The notes under the pieces were generated by a model. That model ran no database searches. It was not told the origin of the DNA and was given only the letters and a program-made list of their open reading frames with translations. From NCBI GenBank assembly GCA_045563495.1, contig JBJLJA010000003.1:1000143-1064142 (forward strand): 64,000 nt of DNA, in the 5' to 3' direction. Positions 17,758 through 27,553 of this stretch are shown here, one piece after another. Every line of letters starts with the position of its first letter. Within the stretch, counting starts at the first letter, position 1. Source of the DNA: Gammaproteobacteria bacterium. Its GTDB lineage: Bacteria; Pseudomonadota; Gammaproteobacteria; Magnimaribacterales; Magnimaribacteraceae. The translations under genes were made by a program, and so were the position numbers.

Positions 17758-18741
17758 ATGATTCTAGAACATGGCCCAACACATACAAAAGATATATCTC
17801 AAGCAAAAGCTGACTTAGATAAGTTTGGATATTGCGTAATCCCAGAAGTACTGAATGAAGCTGAAATAGAAATCTCAAAGAAACGACTTCTCGAGCAAGC
17901 TGAAGCCGAGGAAGAACTGGGTTTGTCTTTTCGGGACGGAGGGGCAGATCAAGAAATTAAGTTTAAAAATGGCAGAGTAGATAAAGACTCTTTCAGCTCT
18001 CAGAACGGTGGAGTTAATCAACGCCTCTGGATGCTAGCAAATAAAGGTGAATGTTTTAGGGATATGGTCACTCACCCTTTAGTTGATGAACTGGTTGGTC
18101 ATATATTGGGTGGTGATTTTATTCTATCCACTCATTCAGCAAATATAGCTAAACCTGGTGGAGTAAGAATGGGCTTGCATACTGACCAATGGTGGATGCC
18201 TCAGCCTGTTAGAGCTGGAGAAAACTATATAAGACCCTCTGAAATATCAAGAAAGGCCGACACAAATTTTATAGATCCGGATCCGTCTCTTGGTATATCA
18301 CCGCCAGTTGTAGCTAACTGCATGTGGATGCTATCAGACTTCTCTTCAACTAATGGGGCAACAGAAGTAGTGGCCGGGTCTCATCTAACCGGGGCACACC
18401 CTAATCAAGATGATCAAAGCGCCTACCCAATCAATCAACCTGAAGCCAAAGCAGGCTCATTGATGGTTTTTGATGGAAGGCTTTGGCATGGAACAGGAGC
18501 CAATATAGGGAATACGGATAGGCTGGGTGTGCTTACAACTTTCTGTTCACCACAGTTCAGACAACAAGAAAATCAAACGCTTGGCCTAGATAGAGATCTC
18601 TGGGACTCTTGCTCTGAAAAACTGAAGTCCAGACTTGGATTCAAAGTGTGGAATGCCTATGGAAGAATAGAAAGCTCCATGGACTATCTCATAGATATTG
18701 AACCTGAAAGAATAAAAGAACTTAAACCTACTGAAAAATGA
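17758..18741 (+). CDS. Phytanoyl-CoA dioxygenase (PhyH) family Fe(II)/2OG oxygenase
   Basis: 327 aa. The N-terminal FGYCVIPEVL, HTDQWW (HxD), GATEVVAGSH and GRLWHGTGAN are typical of PhyH-family proteins. Confidence 0.75.
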   Translation: MILEHGPTHTKDISQAKADLDKFGYCVIPEVLNEAEIEISKKRLLEQAEAEEELGLSFRDGGADQEIKFKNGRVDKDSFSSQNGGVNQRLWMLANKGECFRDMVTHPLVDELVGHILGGDFILSTHSANIAKPGGVRMGLHTDQWWMPQPVRAGENYIRPSEISRKADTNFIDPDPSLGISPPVVANCMWMLSDFSSTNGATEVVAGSHLTGAHPNQDDQSAYPINQPEAKAGSLMVFDGRLWHGTGANIGNTDRLGVLTTFCSPQFRQQENQTLGLDRDLWDSCSEKLKSRLGFKVWNAYGRIESSMDYLIDIEPERIKELKPTEK

Positions 18742-18751
18742 ATATAAAAAA

Positions 18752-19633
18752 ATGAATCTTACAACCCTAGAGTATCCTCCTCTGACTGAGGATATTGAAG
18801 AAGCAAAGACCCATCTAGACAAGTATGGCATGGCCTTAATTGCCAATGTCTTAAGCGAAGATGAAGTTGATGAAATGGACAAACGACTAAATGAGCAATT
18901 CTTGGGCGAAGAAAAGCATAAAGTAGGGTCAAAAGTTAGAGGCGATGAGGGACTTGGTGTGCAATCTGCTGATGAGGAAAAGGTCAGTAGACTGGTATGG
19001 AATCTCATTAACAAAGGTGATTGTTTTTTGAAACTAATCGATCATCCAAAAATACTACCTCTCATTCAGCATCTGATTGGAGACAGAGTCTGTCTTTGTT
19101 CAATGGGAGCGCACATGAATGGAAGTGGTAATGAGAAAATGGCACTTCACCAAGACCAATGGCCCTTAGTACCTCACCCAATGGACTTCCCTTTCATGGC
19201 GAATGTTATGTACTTAATCTCAGACAACTCTCCTGAGAATGGAGGAACTAGACTTATACCCGGATCTCATAAATGGCCTCTCATAGATTACCGAACGGCA
19301 AACGGTGAAGAAATTCAAAATAAAGCTCTTTCTCTTACAGCCCCTAAGGGAACAGCAATTGTTTGGGAAGGAAGATTATGGCATGGTAATGGCCTGAATA
19401 GATCTGGTTCTATTCGAAGCAATATTTCTACAGCCTTCCTGCAGCCTTGGGTAAAACCGCAAGAAAATCATCAGTATAGTATTCGAGAAGAGGTACTTAA
19501 AAAGGTAACTGAGAAACAAAAACACATATTAGGTTTTAGTTCTTTTGGCACACTCGGAGGGCATGATGGTTCCAGCGTTTCACCAGCTGAATTTGATCCT
19601 AATAAAGAGTCTATTGGAATCCTTAAACCTTAA
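18752..19633 (+). CDS. Phytanoyl-CoA dioxygenase (PhyH) family Fe(II)/2OG oxygenase, tandem paralog
   Basis: 293 aa. YGMALIANVL, HQDQWP, GGTRLIPGSH and GRLWHGNGLN. Same motif order as the preceding gene. Confidence 0.75.
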   Translation: MNLTTLEYPPLTEDIEEAKTHLDKYGMALIANVLSEDEVDEMDKRLNEQFLGEEKHKVGSKVRGDEGLGVQSADEEKVSRLVWNLINKGDCFLKLIDHPKILPLIQHLIGDRVCLCSMGAHMNGSGNEKMALHQDQWPLVPHPMDFPFMANVMYLISDNSPENGGTRLIPGSHKWPLIDYRTANGEEIQNKALSLTAPKGTAIVWEGRLWHGNGLNRSGSIRSNISTAFLQPWVKPQENHQYSIREEVLKKVTEKQKHILGFSSFGTLGGHDGSSVSPAEFDPNKESIGILKP

Positions 19634-19765
19634 AAAAAACCGATTTATTTTCTGTCTTAATTAATATTGCTTTATTTTTTTTACTATAGTTTTTTTAAAG
19701 TCTTAGGGTTTATTCCTTATTTTTTATATAAACATCTGACCTTGATTAAATTGAGGTTTAGTTCT

Positions 19766-20578
19766 ATGCAAATTATTACTTATCTTGGTTGGATCCAATA
19801 TAAGGCACAAGGAGATAGTGGCCCAGTATTATTATATATTCATGGATCACCAGGAGGTTTTGATCAGACGATTGATGCAGGGGAAAACTACTGCGTATTA
19901 ACTCCTTCTAGGCCAGGTTATCTCGGTACGGACATTTCTTCAGGCAGAAGCCCTGAAGAGCAAGCTCAATGCTTCAAAGCACTTATAGATGCAATGAAAA
20001 TTGATAAAGTTTTTGTTATGGGGGTGTCTGGTGGAGGCCCATCAGCAATGCATTTTGCTGCAAAATATCCAGAAAACACTTACGGATTGATACTATTTGA
20101 AGCGGTTACGCACTCTCAAGATTTTACTAAAGAAGATGAAGAATTAATCAAAGCATGGGATATGGATCTTTTTATACAACTTGCGTACATGTCATTTTTC
20201 GATGCCAATAGGCTAGCCTCAATGATGCTTCCTAATGAAGATAACAGAACTAGACTGCTATCGAAGCAAGAAAACATTAATAAACTCAAAAGAATTGTTT
20301 GGTCTATATGGCCTATTAGTCGAAGAAGGAATGGAATTAAGAATGATTATAAACAATTCACTAATCTAAACATTCCTTATGGAAGTATCTCTGCTCCCAC
20401 CCTAATTATTCATGGAGATGAAGATAAAAATGTTGATATAGAACATGCTCAATTTGCCAATAAGAAAATAAAAGACTCCCTTTTATATAAGGTATTGGGA
20501 GGAGATCACATGATGCATGCAACTCATTCAGATGAGATTGAAGAGCAAATTGAAACCTTTATATCTAATAACTCATGA
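19766..20578 (+). CDS. Alpha/beta hydrolase
   Basis: IHGSPGG, nucleophile elbow GVSGGG, IIHGDEDKNV and GGDHMMH. The start is set at ATG 19766 (GAGG 9 nt upstream). The track's upstream TTG at 19667 would add a hydrophobic 33-aa extension and cannot be excluded. Confidence 0.7.
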   Translation: MQIITYLGWIQYKAQGDSGPVLLYIHGSPGGFDQTIDAGENYCVLTPSRPGYLGTDISSGRSPEEQAQCFKALIDAMKIDKVFVMGVSGGGPSAMHFAAKYPENTYGLILFEAVTHSQDFTKEDEELIKAWDMDLFIQLAYMSFFDANRLASMMLPNEDNRTRLLSKQENINKLKRIVWSIWPISRRRNGIKNDYKQFTNLNIPYGSISAPTLIIHGDEDKNVDIEHAQFANKKIKDSLLYKVLGGDHMMHATHSDEIEEQIETFISNNS

Positions 20579-20590
20579 TCTGAATATTTA

Positions 20591-21229
20591 TCAGGTCTTT
20601 TGAGTAAATTTTATATAAAAAAAGTATAGTAAAGCAGGCAATATAGCCGCGCCAAAAAAAGCCAGGGTTGAAGAGCCGCTTGACAATGCTGCCGCTCCAA
20701 GCCCAGAAAACACTACTGCCACTCCCACATTAGAAAAAGTCATTACATAGATAAATCTTGAGAAGCGCATTTTAGTTATTCCTGCAGCAAGTGTACTTAG
20801 TTCGGCAAAAGCAGGGACTGGCCTAGCAAGAATTAGACCCATGACATCAATATCTCTAGCAGAATCCTCAGCTTTTTTTAAATCATCGCTACCTACTATC
20901 TTTTTAGCTAAAGGCCTTGCAGCATATCTACCTACAAGATAACCAAAGACTGCTCCTAAATTTAAACCTATCCATACAACGACACTAGCAAGAGCCCAGC
21001 CCAAGCTGGCTCCTGCTAAAGTATTTGTTAGTCCATTTGGAACAGGCAGAAATACATCTGCAGTTAATGCGGTTACTACTACAATCGAAGTATAAAGAGT
21101 ATTTTCTCCTGCCCACGCTAATGCCATTTCTCCATATTTAGAAAATGGCGTTTCCAAAAAGATTGCTGGAATAATAATTGTAGTAAAGAAAACTAAGATG
21201 AATAAAAGCCATTTCAAAAAACTGGCCAT
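20591..21229 (-). CDS. DedA/VTT (SNARE-associated) family membrane protein
   Basis: 212 aa, multi-TM. LPVPNGL.N..AG and ...RPVPAF... strings resemble the VTT/DedA core. Confidence 0.55.
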   Translation of the reverse strand: MASFLKWLLFILVFFTTIIIPAIFLETPFSKYGEMALAWAGENTLYTSIVVVTALTADVFLPVPNGLTNTLAGASLGWALASVVVWIGLNLGAVFGYLVGRYAARPLAKKIVGSDDLKKAEDSARDIDVMGLILARPVPAFAELSTLAAGITKMRFSRFIYVMTFSNVGVAVVFSGLGAAALSSGSSTLAFFGAAILPALLYFFYIKFTQKT

Positions 21230-22588
21230 TTAAACCCTTGCTTGTATCTGCTGTTTAATGGCGGCGTGTTCTTTTTCACCAAACTTAAATTTTTTATATA
21301 AAAGATATGCCCCCAAACTATAAAAAACTAAAGGCACTAGACCATAGAGACTAATCAAAGCAATCTTTACTTCCATTGTCTGAGGTTGATTGGGGATAAA
21401 TCCAGAAAACTGGAGAACAAAACCAGTCACAAGAAGCATAATCCCTGTTGCGCTTTTAAAAACAAAGTTAAGTGCAGCAAAGTAGGAACCTTCTTTCCTC
21501 TCTCCTGTTAGGTATTCATCATAATCAATAACATCACCTTTCACTGAAGGACCAATTGCTCCGCCACACCCTGAAGCCATTCCACCTAAGGCCGCTCCTA
21601 TAAACATAACAATCAATCTATCTGTAACAGAGTCCAAAAAAGGAATAATAAAGATTCCACCAAAAGAAATTCCTGTAAGGGCTAGACTAAAGACCCATAA
21701 TCTTATTTTTCCAAATCTTCTGGAGAGGGGTATCCAGAGCGGAACTGATAAAGCTGACGGAAGCATGTATGCAAAGATGATTAAAGGAGCCCAGGCAGGT
21801 GCTTCAACAATATATTGAGTAACGTATAAGGTAAGCACTCCTATAACTGCGCCACCAAGATTCTCAATAAATAGAACTATTATTAATATTCTGGCATGAG
21901 GATTAACCCAAACATCCCTGAACGCTTTAAAAGGATTCTTATTCACCCTATTTTGGAATTCTGGATTTTCTTTAAGTCTAGAAACTGAGAAAAATATCAT
22001 CAATGACATGGCAGCAACTGCAAAAAAAGCTAAGTTACCAGCCAACTCTCTTACATCCCCTGTGGGGCTGTTTTCTTCACTAATCAAAAGGCTCATTGAA
22101 ACTAAAGATAGAATTGAACCTAAAGTGAAACCTATATGTCTTACACCAAAAAGTCTGGTTCTTTCATGATAATCCTCAGATAGCTCTGCTCCTAAAGCCA
22201 TATGAGGTACATTAAATAGAGTAATAGCTGAATAAAAACTCAAGATTGCAATCATCATCCAAAGGTCTAGAGATGAACCTTGCATAGATTCGGGTGGTGA
22301 AAAAACTGCCAAAAATCCAAATGAAATAGGGATAAAACTCAATAGCATCCAAGTTCGCCTTCTACCAAATTTGAATGTGGTCCTGTCACTTAGGTATCCT
22401 GCAATGGGATCTGAAACAGCATCCCATATCCTTGATACACTAAAAATGACTCCCATGACGGCTGGTGCAATAAGAAGTACGTCAGTAGAAAATTTCATGA
22501 CGTACAGGCTCATCAATAGATACATATAACCCGCACCTAACCCGGGCAAGCCGTAAGCAATTGTTGTTCCTAGTGGTACTTTTCTCAT
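21230..22588 (-). CDS. MFS-type transporter, glycoside-pentoside-hexuronide (GPH)-like cation symporter
   Basis: 452 aa, about 12 TM. DAVSDPIAGYLSDRT...GRRR motif typical of the GPH/MFS_2 family. Confidence 0.7.
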   Translation of the reverse strand: MRKVPLGTTIAYGLPGLGAGYMYLLMSLYVMKFSTDVLLIAPAVMGVIFSVSRIWDAVSDPIAGYLSDRTTFKFGRRRTWMLLSFIPISFGFLAVFSPPESMQGSSLDLWMMIAILSFYSAITLFNVPHMALGAELSEDYHERTRLFGVRHIGFTLGSILSLVSMSLLISEENSPTGDVRELAGNLAFFAVAAMSLMIFFSVSRLKENPEFQNRVNKNPFKAFRDVWVNPHARILIIVLFIENLGGAVIGVLTLYVTQYIVEAPAWAPLIIFAYMLPSALSVPLWIPLSRRFGKIRLWVFSLALTGISFGGIFIIPFLDSVTDRLIVMFIGAALGGMASGCGGAIGPSVKGDVIDYDEYLTGERKEGSYFAALNFVFKSATGIMLLVTGFVLQFSGFIPNQPQTMEVKIALISLYGLVPLVFYSLGAYLLYKKFKFGEKEHAAIKQQIQARV

Positions 22589-23746
22589 TTATACAGTTTT
22601 AACTTTAGAGATTTCTTTTATAAGATTATATGAATGAAGTTTAGTTACGCTACTATTCATAATTAATTTCGTAATAAAATTTCTTATAGTTACCAGTAAA
22701 GGATTAGATACATGATTAAATATACCCTGAAATTTAGATCTTTTTTGTATCCAGCTAACTCTACTGTTCCTCAATTTATCGTATTGCCTAAGAGCTTTAT
22801 TAATATCTTTATCTCCCATTAAGAGAGACATTAAGCAGTAGGCATCTTCAATAGCCAGACATCCACCTTGTCCAAGAAATGGAACCATAGGGTGGGCGGC
22901 ATCTCCTAAAAGGACACACTTGTCCCGATATAAAGTTTTTGGGAGAGCCCTCTCAAATATTCCCCATTTATAGATTTCTTGTGCTGAGTTAAACATCGAG
23001 AGCAAGTCTTCATTCCATCCCTTAAAGCAATTAAGAAATTCAGATTTACTACCCTCTGTTTTCCAAGACTCTTCAGACCAAATTTCATTATATTCAATGG
23101 CAATAAAATTAATAAGATTCTCCCGACCGGTTGGATAATGAACACAATGACCTCCGGGTCCGTAGTAAACATTAACTTTGTCACTTCCTTCATATTTAGG
23201 GAGATTTTCAATTGTGGTCATTCCCCTCCATGCCACATAATTTGTAAATTGAGGTTGTTGGGTGTCAAAATAAGAACTCCTTAAAGAGGACTGAATCCCG
23301 TCACAAATTAAGATTAAATCGTAGGCCTTTTTTTCCTGATTGGAAATTGAGATCTCTCCTACTATGGGATCAACTAATTTAACTTCACAATCAAAATTGA
23401 TACTGCCGCCGATGTCTTCAAATCTAGTCGCTAATGTTGCTACAAGGTCTCGTCTATCTAAAGTGATAAAGTCTTTATCGAAAGTCTTTGATTGTATGAC
23501 CTTAGCCTTCTTGTAATCACGAATGTAAGAGTCCATAGGATTATGGCTCACAGAAGACAGAGATCCCATTAGTCCAATTTCTTGAAGCAGAATAGTGGCA
23601 TTCTTAGAAAGGGTGATACCTGCTCCAAATTCTTTTATAGATTCTGACCTTTCAAATACATCTACTTCTATACCATTTTTTCTCAATGCATAACCAGCGG
23701 TCAGACCAGATACTCCAGCGCCTATTACCGCTACATTACTTAACAC
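22589..23746 (-). CDS. FAD-dependent aromatic-ring monooxygenase (salicylate hydroxylase-like)
   Basis: 385 aa. GAGVSGL dinucleotide fold, CDGIQS (DG motif) and LLGDAAHPMVPFLGQGG. Confidence 0.8.
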   Translation of the reverse strand: MLSNVAVIGAGVSGLTAGYALRKNGIEVDVFERSESIKEFGAGITLSKNATILLQEIGLMGSLSSVSHNPMDSYIRDYKKAKVIQSKTFDKDFITLDRRDLVATLATRFEDIGGSINFDCEVKLVDPIVGEISISNQEKKAYDLILICDGIQSSLRSSYFDTQQPQFTNYVAWRGMTTIENLPKYEGSDKVNVYYGPGGHCVHYPTGRENLINFIAIEYNEIWSEESWKTEGSKSEFLNCFKGWNEDLLSMFNSAQEIYKWGIFERALPKTLYRDKCVLLGDAAHPMVPFLGQGGCLAIEDAYCLMSLLMGDKDINKALRQYDKLRNSRVSWIQKRSKFQGIFNHVSNPLLVTIRNFITKLIMNSSVTKLHSYNLIKEISKVKTV

Positions 23747-24870
23747 TAGATTGCCTTAGTCTTGATTTGATTTTTTTGAGCCCGCTCTTTCCTGCGAGTT
23801 TTATCATTAACTTGTCCAACCAACTGACCGCAAGCTGCCATGATGTCATCACCTCTTGTGGATCGAATAGTTGTTACATAGCCCTCGTCTTGAAGATATT
23901 TTTGAAATCTTTTAACTCTATTGCCTGAAGGCTTTAGATACTCCGAACCTTCAAAAGCATTAAATGGAATTAAGTTTATTTTGCTAGGCAATTGTTTTAA
24001 TAATTCAGCTAATTCTTCAGCATGAAACAGCTCGTCATTGATGCCGTCAATAAGAATATACTCGATAGTTGTTACTCTCTTGTCGTCACATGAGTCTACG
24101 TAACGCTTAACTGCATCCAACAGTTCTTGAATAGGATATTTTTTGTTAATGGGAACCAACTCATTGCGCAGTTCATCATTAGGCGCATGCAAGGATATTG
24201 TGAGAGCAACATCGCTCACCTTACTTAAATCATCTATTTTTGGAACTATACCGGAGGTGCTTAAAGTAACTTTTCTCTTTGAAAGCCCATAGGCATTATC
24301 ATCTGTCATTAAGTGCATGGCATTCACGACAGGTTCAAAATTAAGCAATGGTTCTCCCATTCCCATCATGACGACATTTGTAATATGTCTTGAGTTCGGT
24401 TCTCTGGGTAATCCAAAAGAATTTGCAGCTACCCAAACTTGACCAATAATTTCATCTAGATCTAAATTTCTTGAAAAGCCTTGTTTTCCTGTTGCGCAGA
24501 AACTGCAATCTACCGCACACCCTACTTGCGAAGAGACACACAAGGTTGCTCTATTCTTTTCTGGTATCAAGACCATTTCGATTAAATCCTTTTCACCTAC
24601 CTTAATAACCCATTTCTTGGTTCCATCTTTAGATAGTTTTTCATAGACGACTTCAGGTACACGAATCTCACAATCTTGTTTAAGTTTTTCTCGCAGGTCT
24701 TTGGACAAATCTGTCATTTCAAATATGTCAGAAACGCCTCTCTGATGAACCCACTTTATAATTTGAGTTGCTCTAAAAGGTTTTTCTTCTATAGAAATAA
24801 AATAATCTTCAAGCTCTTTCTTACTAAGAGCCATAAGATTAATTTTTGATTTGGTTGTTTTGTTATTCAT
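23746..24870 (-). CDS. rlmN: 23S rRNA/tRNA adenine-C2 methyltransferase RlmN (radical SAM)
   Basis: 374 aa. FRATQIIKWVH, CVSSQVGCAVDCSFCATG, GMGEPL and ACGQL. Confidence 0.95.
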   Translation of the reverse strand: MNNKTTKSKINLMALSKKELEDYFISIEEKPFRATQIIKWVHQRGVSDIFEMTDLSKDLREKLKQDCEIRVPEVVYEKLSKDGTKKWVIKVGEKDLIEMVLIPEKNRATLCVSSQVGCAVDCSFCATGKQGFSRNLDLDEIIGQVWVAANSFGLPREPNSRHITNVVMMGMGEPLLNFEPVVNAMHLMTDDNAYGLSKRKVTLSTSGIVPKIDDLSKVSDVALTISLHAPNDELRNELVPINKKYPIQELLDAVKRYVDSCDDKRVTTIEYILIDGINDELFHAEELAELLKQLPSKINLIPFNAFEGSEYLKPSGNRVKRFQKYLQDEGYVTTIRSTRGDDIMAACGQLVGQVNDKTRRKERAQKNQIKTKAI

Positions 24871-24921
24871 TTCACAAGTTAAAACTCATAATACAGGAGG
24901 TGTTCAGCGAAAAAAATACAG

Positions 24922-26205
24922 TTAAGATCTTCGATTATTTTTAGAAGCTTTATTTTTATTTTTTCTCTTGTTCCATGAAGTCTTGCTTCTGGGTGAGCCT
25001 TTTTTTGATGTCCTAGAACTATTTTGTTTCTTTCTTGATGGTCCTCTCGACTTTGGTGCATCAGTACTTAGATTTTGAGTTGGTTCAAAACCTATAATAG
25101 TCTCCCTAGGAATTGGCGATTTAAGCAGCTTCTCTATATCAAACAGGAGCTTATGCTCGTCTGCACTTACTAAAGAAATCGCCTTTCCTTCTTGACCTGC
25201 TCGTGCTGTTCTTCCAATACGATGGATATAGTCTTCGGGTACATAAGGCAAATCAAAATTAACAACATGAGGTAAAAGGCTTATGTCTATGCCGCGTGCT
25301 GCAATGTCAGTTGCAACTAAAACCTGTGTTTTTGAGTCCTTGAAATCTTTTAGAGCTCTAGTTCTTTGAGCCTGGGATTTATTTCCATGCAATGCATCGG
25401 CGTCTATTCCTTCTTTATTTAATTGTTGAGCTAATTTATTAGCTCCGTGTTTTGTTCTAGAAAATACTAATACCTGAAACCAATTCTCTTCCTTGATGCA
25501 ATGGGCTAATAATTCTCTTTTTCTGGATTTATCTACAGGGTAAACAACCTGTTCCACTTTATCTGCTGTTGAATTATTAGATTTTACTTGGATCCGCTTT
25601 GGAGAATTCAAAAGACTATCTGCTAGAGACTTTATTTCATTAGGAAATGTTGCAGAAAAAAGAAGATTTTGTTTTTCTTCCGGTAGATATTTCAATATCT
25701 TCTTAATATCACGTATAAATCCCATATCTAACATTCTGTCAGCTTCATCCAATACAAAGGTTTCCAGCTCAAAAAGATTTAAAGTTTTTTGATTTAAGTG
25801 ATCAAGCAATCTTCCTGGTGTAGCGACAACTATGTCTACCCCCTTTTTAATCTTATCTATCTGTGTGTTGATACTCACACCGCCGTAAAGGATTGAAGTC
25901 CTAAATCTTAAATTACTGCCATAATCCCTAAAACTTTCTCCAACTTGAGAAGCGAGTTCTCTGGTGGGGACAAGAACCAAAACTCTTACCCTGCGTCTTT
26001 TTGATTCGGCATTTTGTAACGTGTGTAAGATCGGCAGAGCAAAGGCAGCCGTCTTGCCTGTTCCTGTTTGGGCTCCTGCCAAAATATCATTTCCTTTTAG
26101 AATTTCGGGAATTGCCTCTTTTTGGATTTCAGAAGGCTTAGTGTATCCCTTATCTTGAATGGCTTTAAGAAGTGCAGTTGAAAGACCTAGTTTGTTAAAT
26201 GACAT
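24922..26205 (-). CDS. rhlE: DEAD-box ATP-dependent RNA helicase (RhlE-like) with basic C-terminal tail
   Basis: AQTGTGKT, PTRELA, DEAD, SAT and HRIGRTARAG. The start is set at MSFNKLGLS (aligns with E. coli RhlE MSFDSLGLS). The track ORF begins 13 codons upstream (26244). Confidence 0.9.
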   Translation of the reverse strand: MSFNKLGLSTALLKAIQDKGYTKPSEIQKEAIPEILKGNDILAGAQTGTGKTAAFALPILHTLQNAESKRRRVRVLVLVPTRELASQVGESFRDYGSNLRFRTSILYGGVSINTQIDKIKKGVDIVVATPGRLLDHLNQKTLNLFELETFVLDEADRMLDMGFIRDIKKILKYLPEEKQNLLFSATFPNEIKSLADSLLNSPKRIQVKSNNSTADKVEQVVYPVDKSRKRELLAHCIKEENWFQVLVFSRTKHGANKLAQQLNKEGIDADALHGNKSQAQRTRALKDFKDSKTQVLVATDIAARGIDISLLPHVVNFDLPYVPEDYIHRIGRTARAGQEGKAISLVSADEHKLLFDIEKLLKSPIPRETIIGFEPTQNLSTDAPKSRGPSRKKQNSSRTSKKGSPRSKTSWNKRKNKNKASKNNRRS

Positions 26206-26322
26206 GTTATTTTTTTTGTTGGCTTCCAAGATGAAATTTGCCAACTGAAACTGAAATAGTTCAATTAAAGGTAAGCTTCATAGAAAATGCGCTCGCAGTA
26301 TACTCTTTTACAAAAAATAAGG

Positions 26323-27549
26323 TTAAGTATTCAAAAGTTCTTTATTAACATTTCTGATGCGTAACCAAAACTGAGAGAGTATTACTAAGTTAATTACTCC
26401 CATAATTCCTGCAAAGGTAAAAGCCCAATTATAGTCACCATAAACATCAAAGAAATAACCTCCTAAGAAACCACCTACTCCCATACCAATCCATCCAAAA
26501 AAAGAGGTCAGGCTCATGGCTCTTGCTCCGTACTTTGCGGAAACCATCATTCGTGTGCAAACTAAAATACTGGACATGACTCCAGAATAAGTAAAGCCAA
26601 ACAAAGCCGCCATGATATAAATTGTTGCTGGAGAGATAAGATGAGGAAACCAAACCACAAAAATTGTTTGGCCTAATGACATAATAATATAACCAGGCAA
26701 AGCTCCAATATAATCTCCTAGCATTCCTCCAAGTATTCTTCCGAAAGCCCCACAAAACATAAGTAACATCAATACTGAAGTCGCAAACTCAAGAGAGAAA
26801 TCTTTATCCGTAAGTAAGGGTACCAAGTGCATTATGGGTATAGACATGCAGACGCAACAGAAAATCACAGCAAAACTTATCCATGCAACTACTTCTTTCT
26901 CAGAAAGCGGAAAATCAGTGTCTTCAGCTTGTTCATCTGATCTTGCACTAATTCTCCAAGGTGACTCTTTGATCAAAAAAGAAATAGGCACAGCAATCAG
27001 GATATAAATAATTGCTAAATCAACATAAGCAGCCTTCCAGCCTGAACTCTCAATCAGTATTCCGCTGAGGTGAGGTATAAAAGCCTGGCCTATCGCTCCT
27101 CCAGAGGCAGCTAGACCAAGGGCTAGACCTGGATTCTCTCTGAACCAAAACCCTACGTTTGCATATAAAGGTGAAAACAAAAGAGCACATCCCATTGCTC
27201 CAAATACAAAATAAAGGAGGTAAAACTGGAGTATGGAATTCAAGCCACTTAAGGTAAATAAGGTCAAACTCATACAAATTGCACCCACAAAGCCGAACCA
27301 TCTAGTTCCATATTTATCAGCAACCTGGCCCCAGAAAACTCCAAATGCAGCCGAAGCAAATGATGCAACAGTATAGGCAAAAGAAGTCTGACCTCTAGAC
27401 CATCCAAACTCTAAAGACACCGGCTTCAAGAATACAGAAATTGATGCCATAGAACCAAAAGCAAGCCCACTTAAGACAAAAACAACCAGAACCATTACCC
27501 AGCCATAATTAATATTATGTTTTTGGAATAAAGTTTCGATTATTTTCAT
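26323..27549 (-). CDS. MFS transporter (12 TM)
   Basis: About 408-417 aa, hydrophobic throughout. GQVADKYGTRW MFS loop motif. The start could be 27576 (overlapping the upstream gene by 23 nt) or 27549. Confidence 0.7.
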   Translation of the reverse strand: MKIIETLFQKHNINYGWVMVLVVFVLSGLAFGSMASISVFLKPVSLEFGWSRGQTSFAYTVASFASAAFGVFWGQVADKYGTRWFGFVGAICMSLTLFTLSGLNSILQFYLLYFVFGAMGCALLFSPLYANVGFWFRENPGLALGLAASGGAIGQAFIPHLSGILIESSGWKAAYVDLAIIYILIAVPISFLIKESPWRISARSDEQAEDTDFPLSEKEVVAWISFAVIFCCVCMSIPIMHLVPLLTDKDFSLEFATSVLMLLMFCGAFGRILGGMLGDYIGALPGYIIMSLGQTIFVVWFPHLISPATIYIMAALFGFTYSGVMSSILVCTRMMVSAKYGARAMSLTSFFGWIGMGVGGFLGGYFFDVYGDYNWAFTFAGIMGVINLVILSQFWLRIRNVNKELLNT

Positions 27550-27553
27550 AAAA

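Noticed and set aside
19667-19765. The N-terminal 33-aa extension of the alpha/beta hydrolase from an upstream TTG (track start).
   Set aside because: The extension is encoded by a T-rich stretch (LYFFYYSFF...) that looks like intergenic or promoter DNA. The ATG at 19766 has a GAGG at suitable spacing and gives a normal distance to the HGxPGG motif. It is kept as an alternative only.
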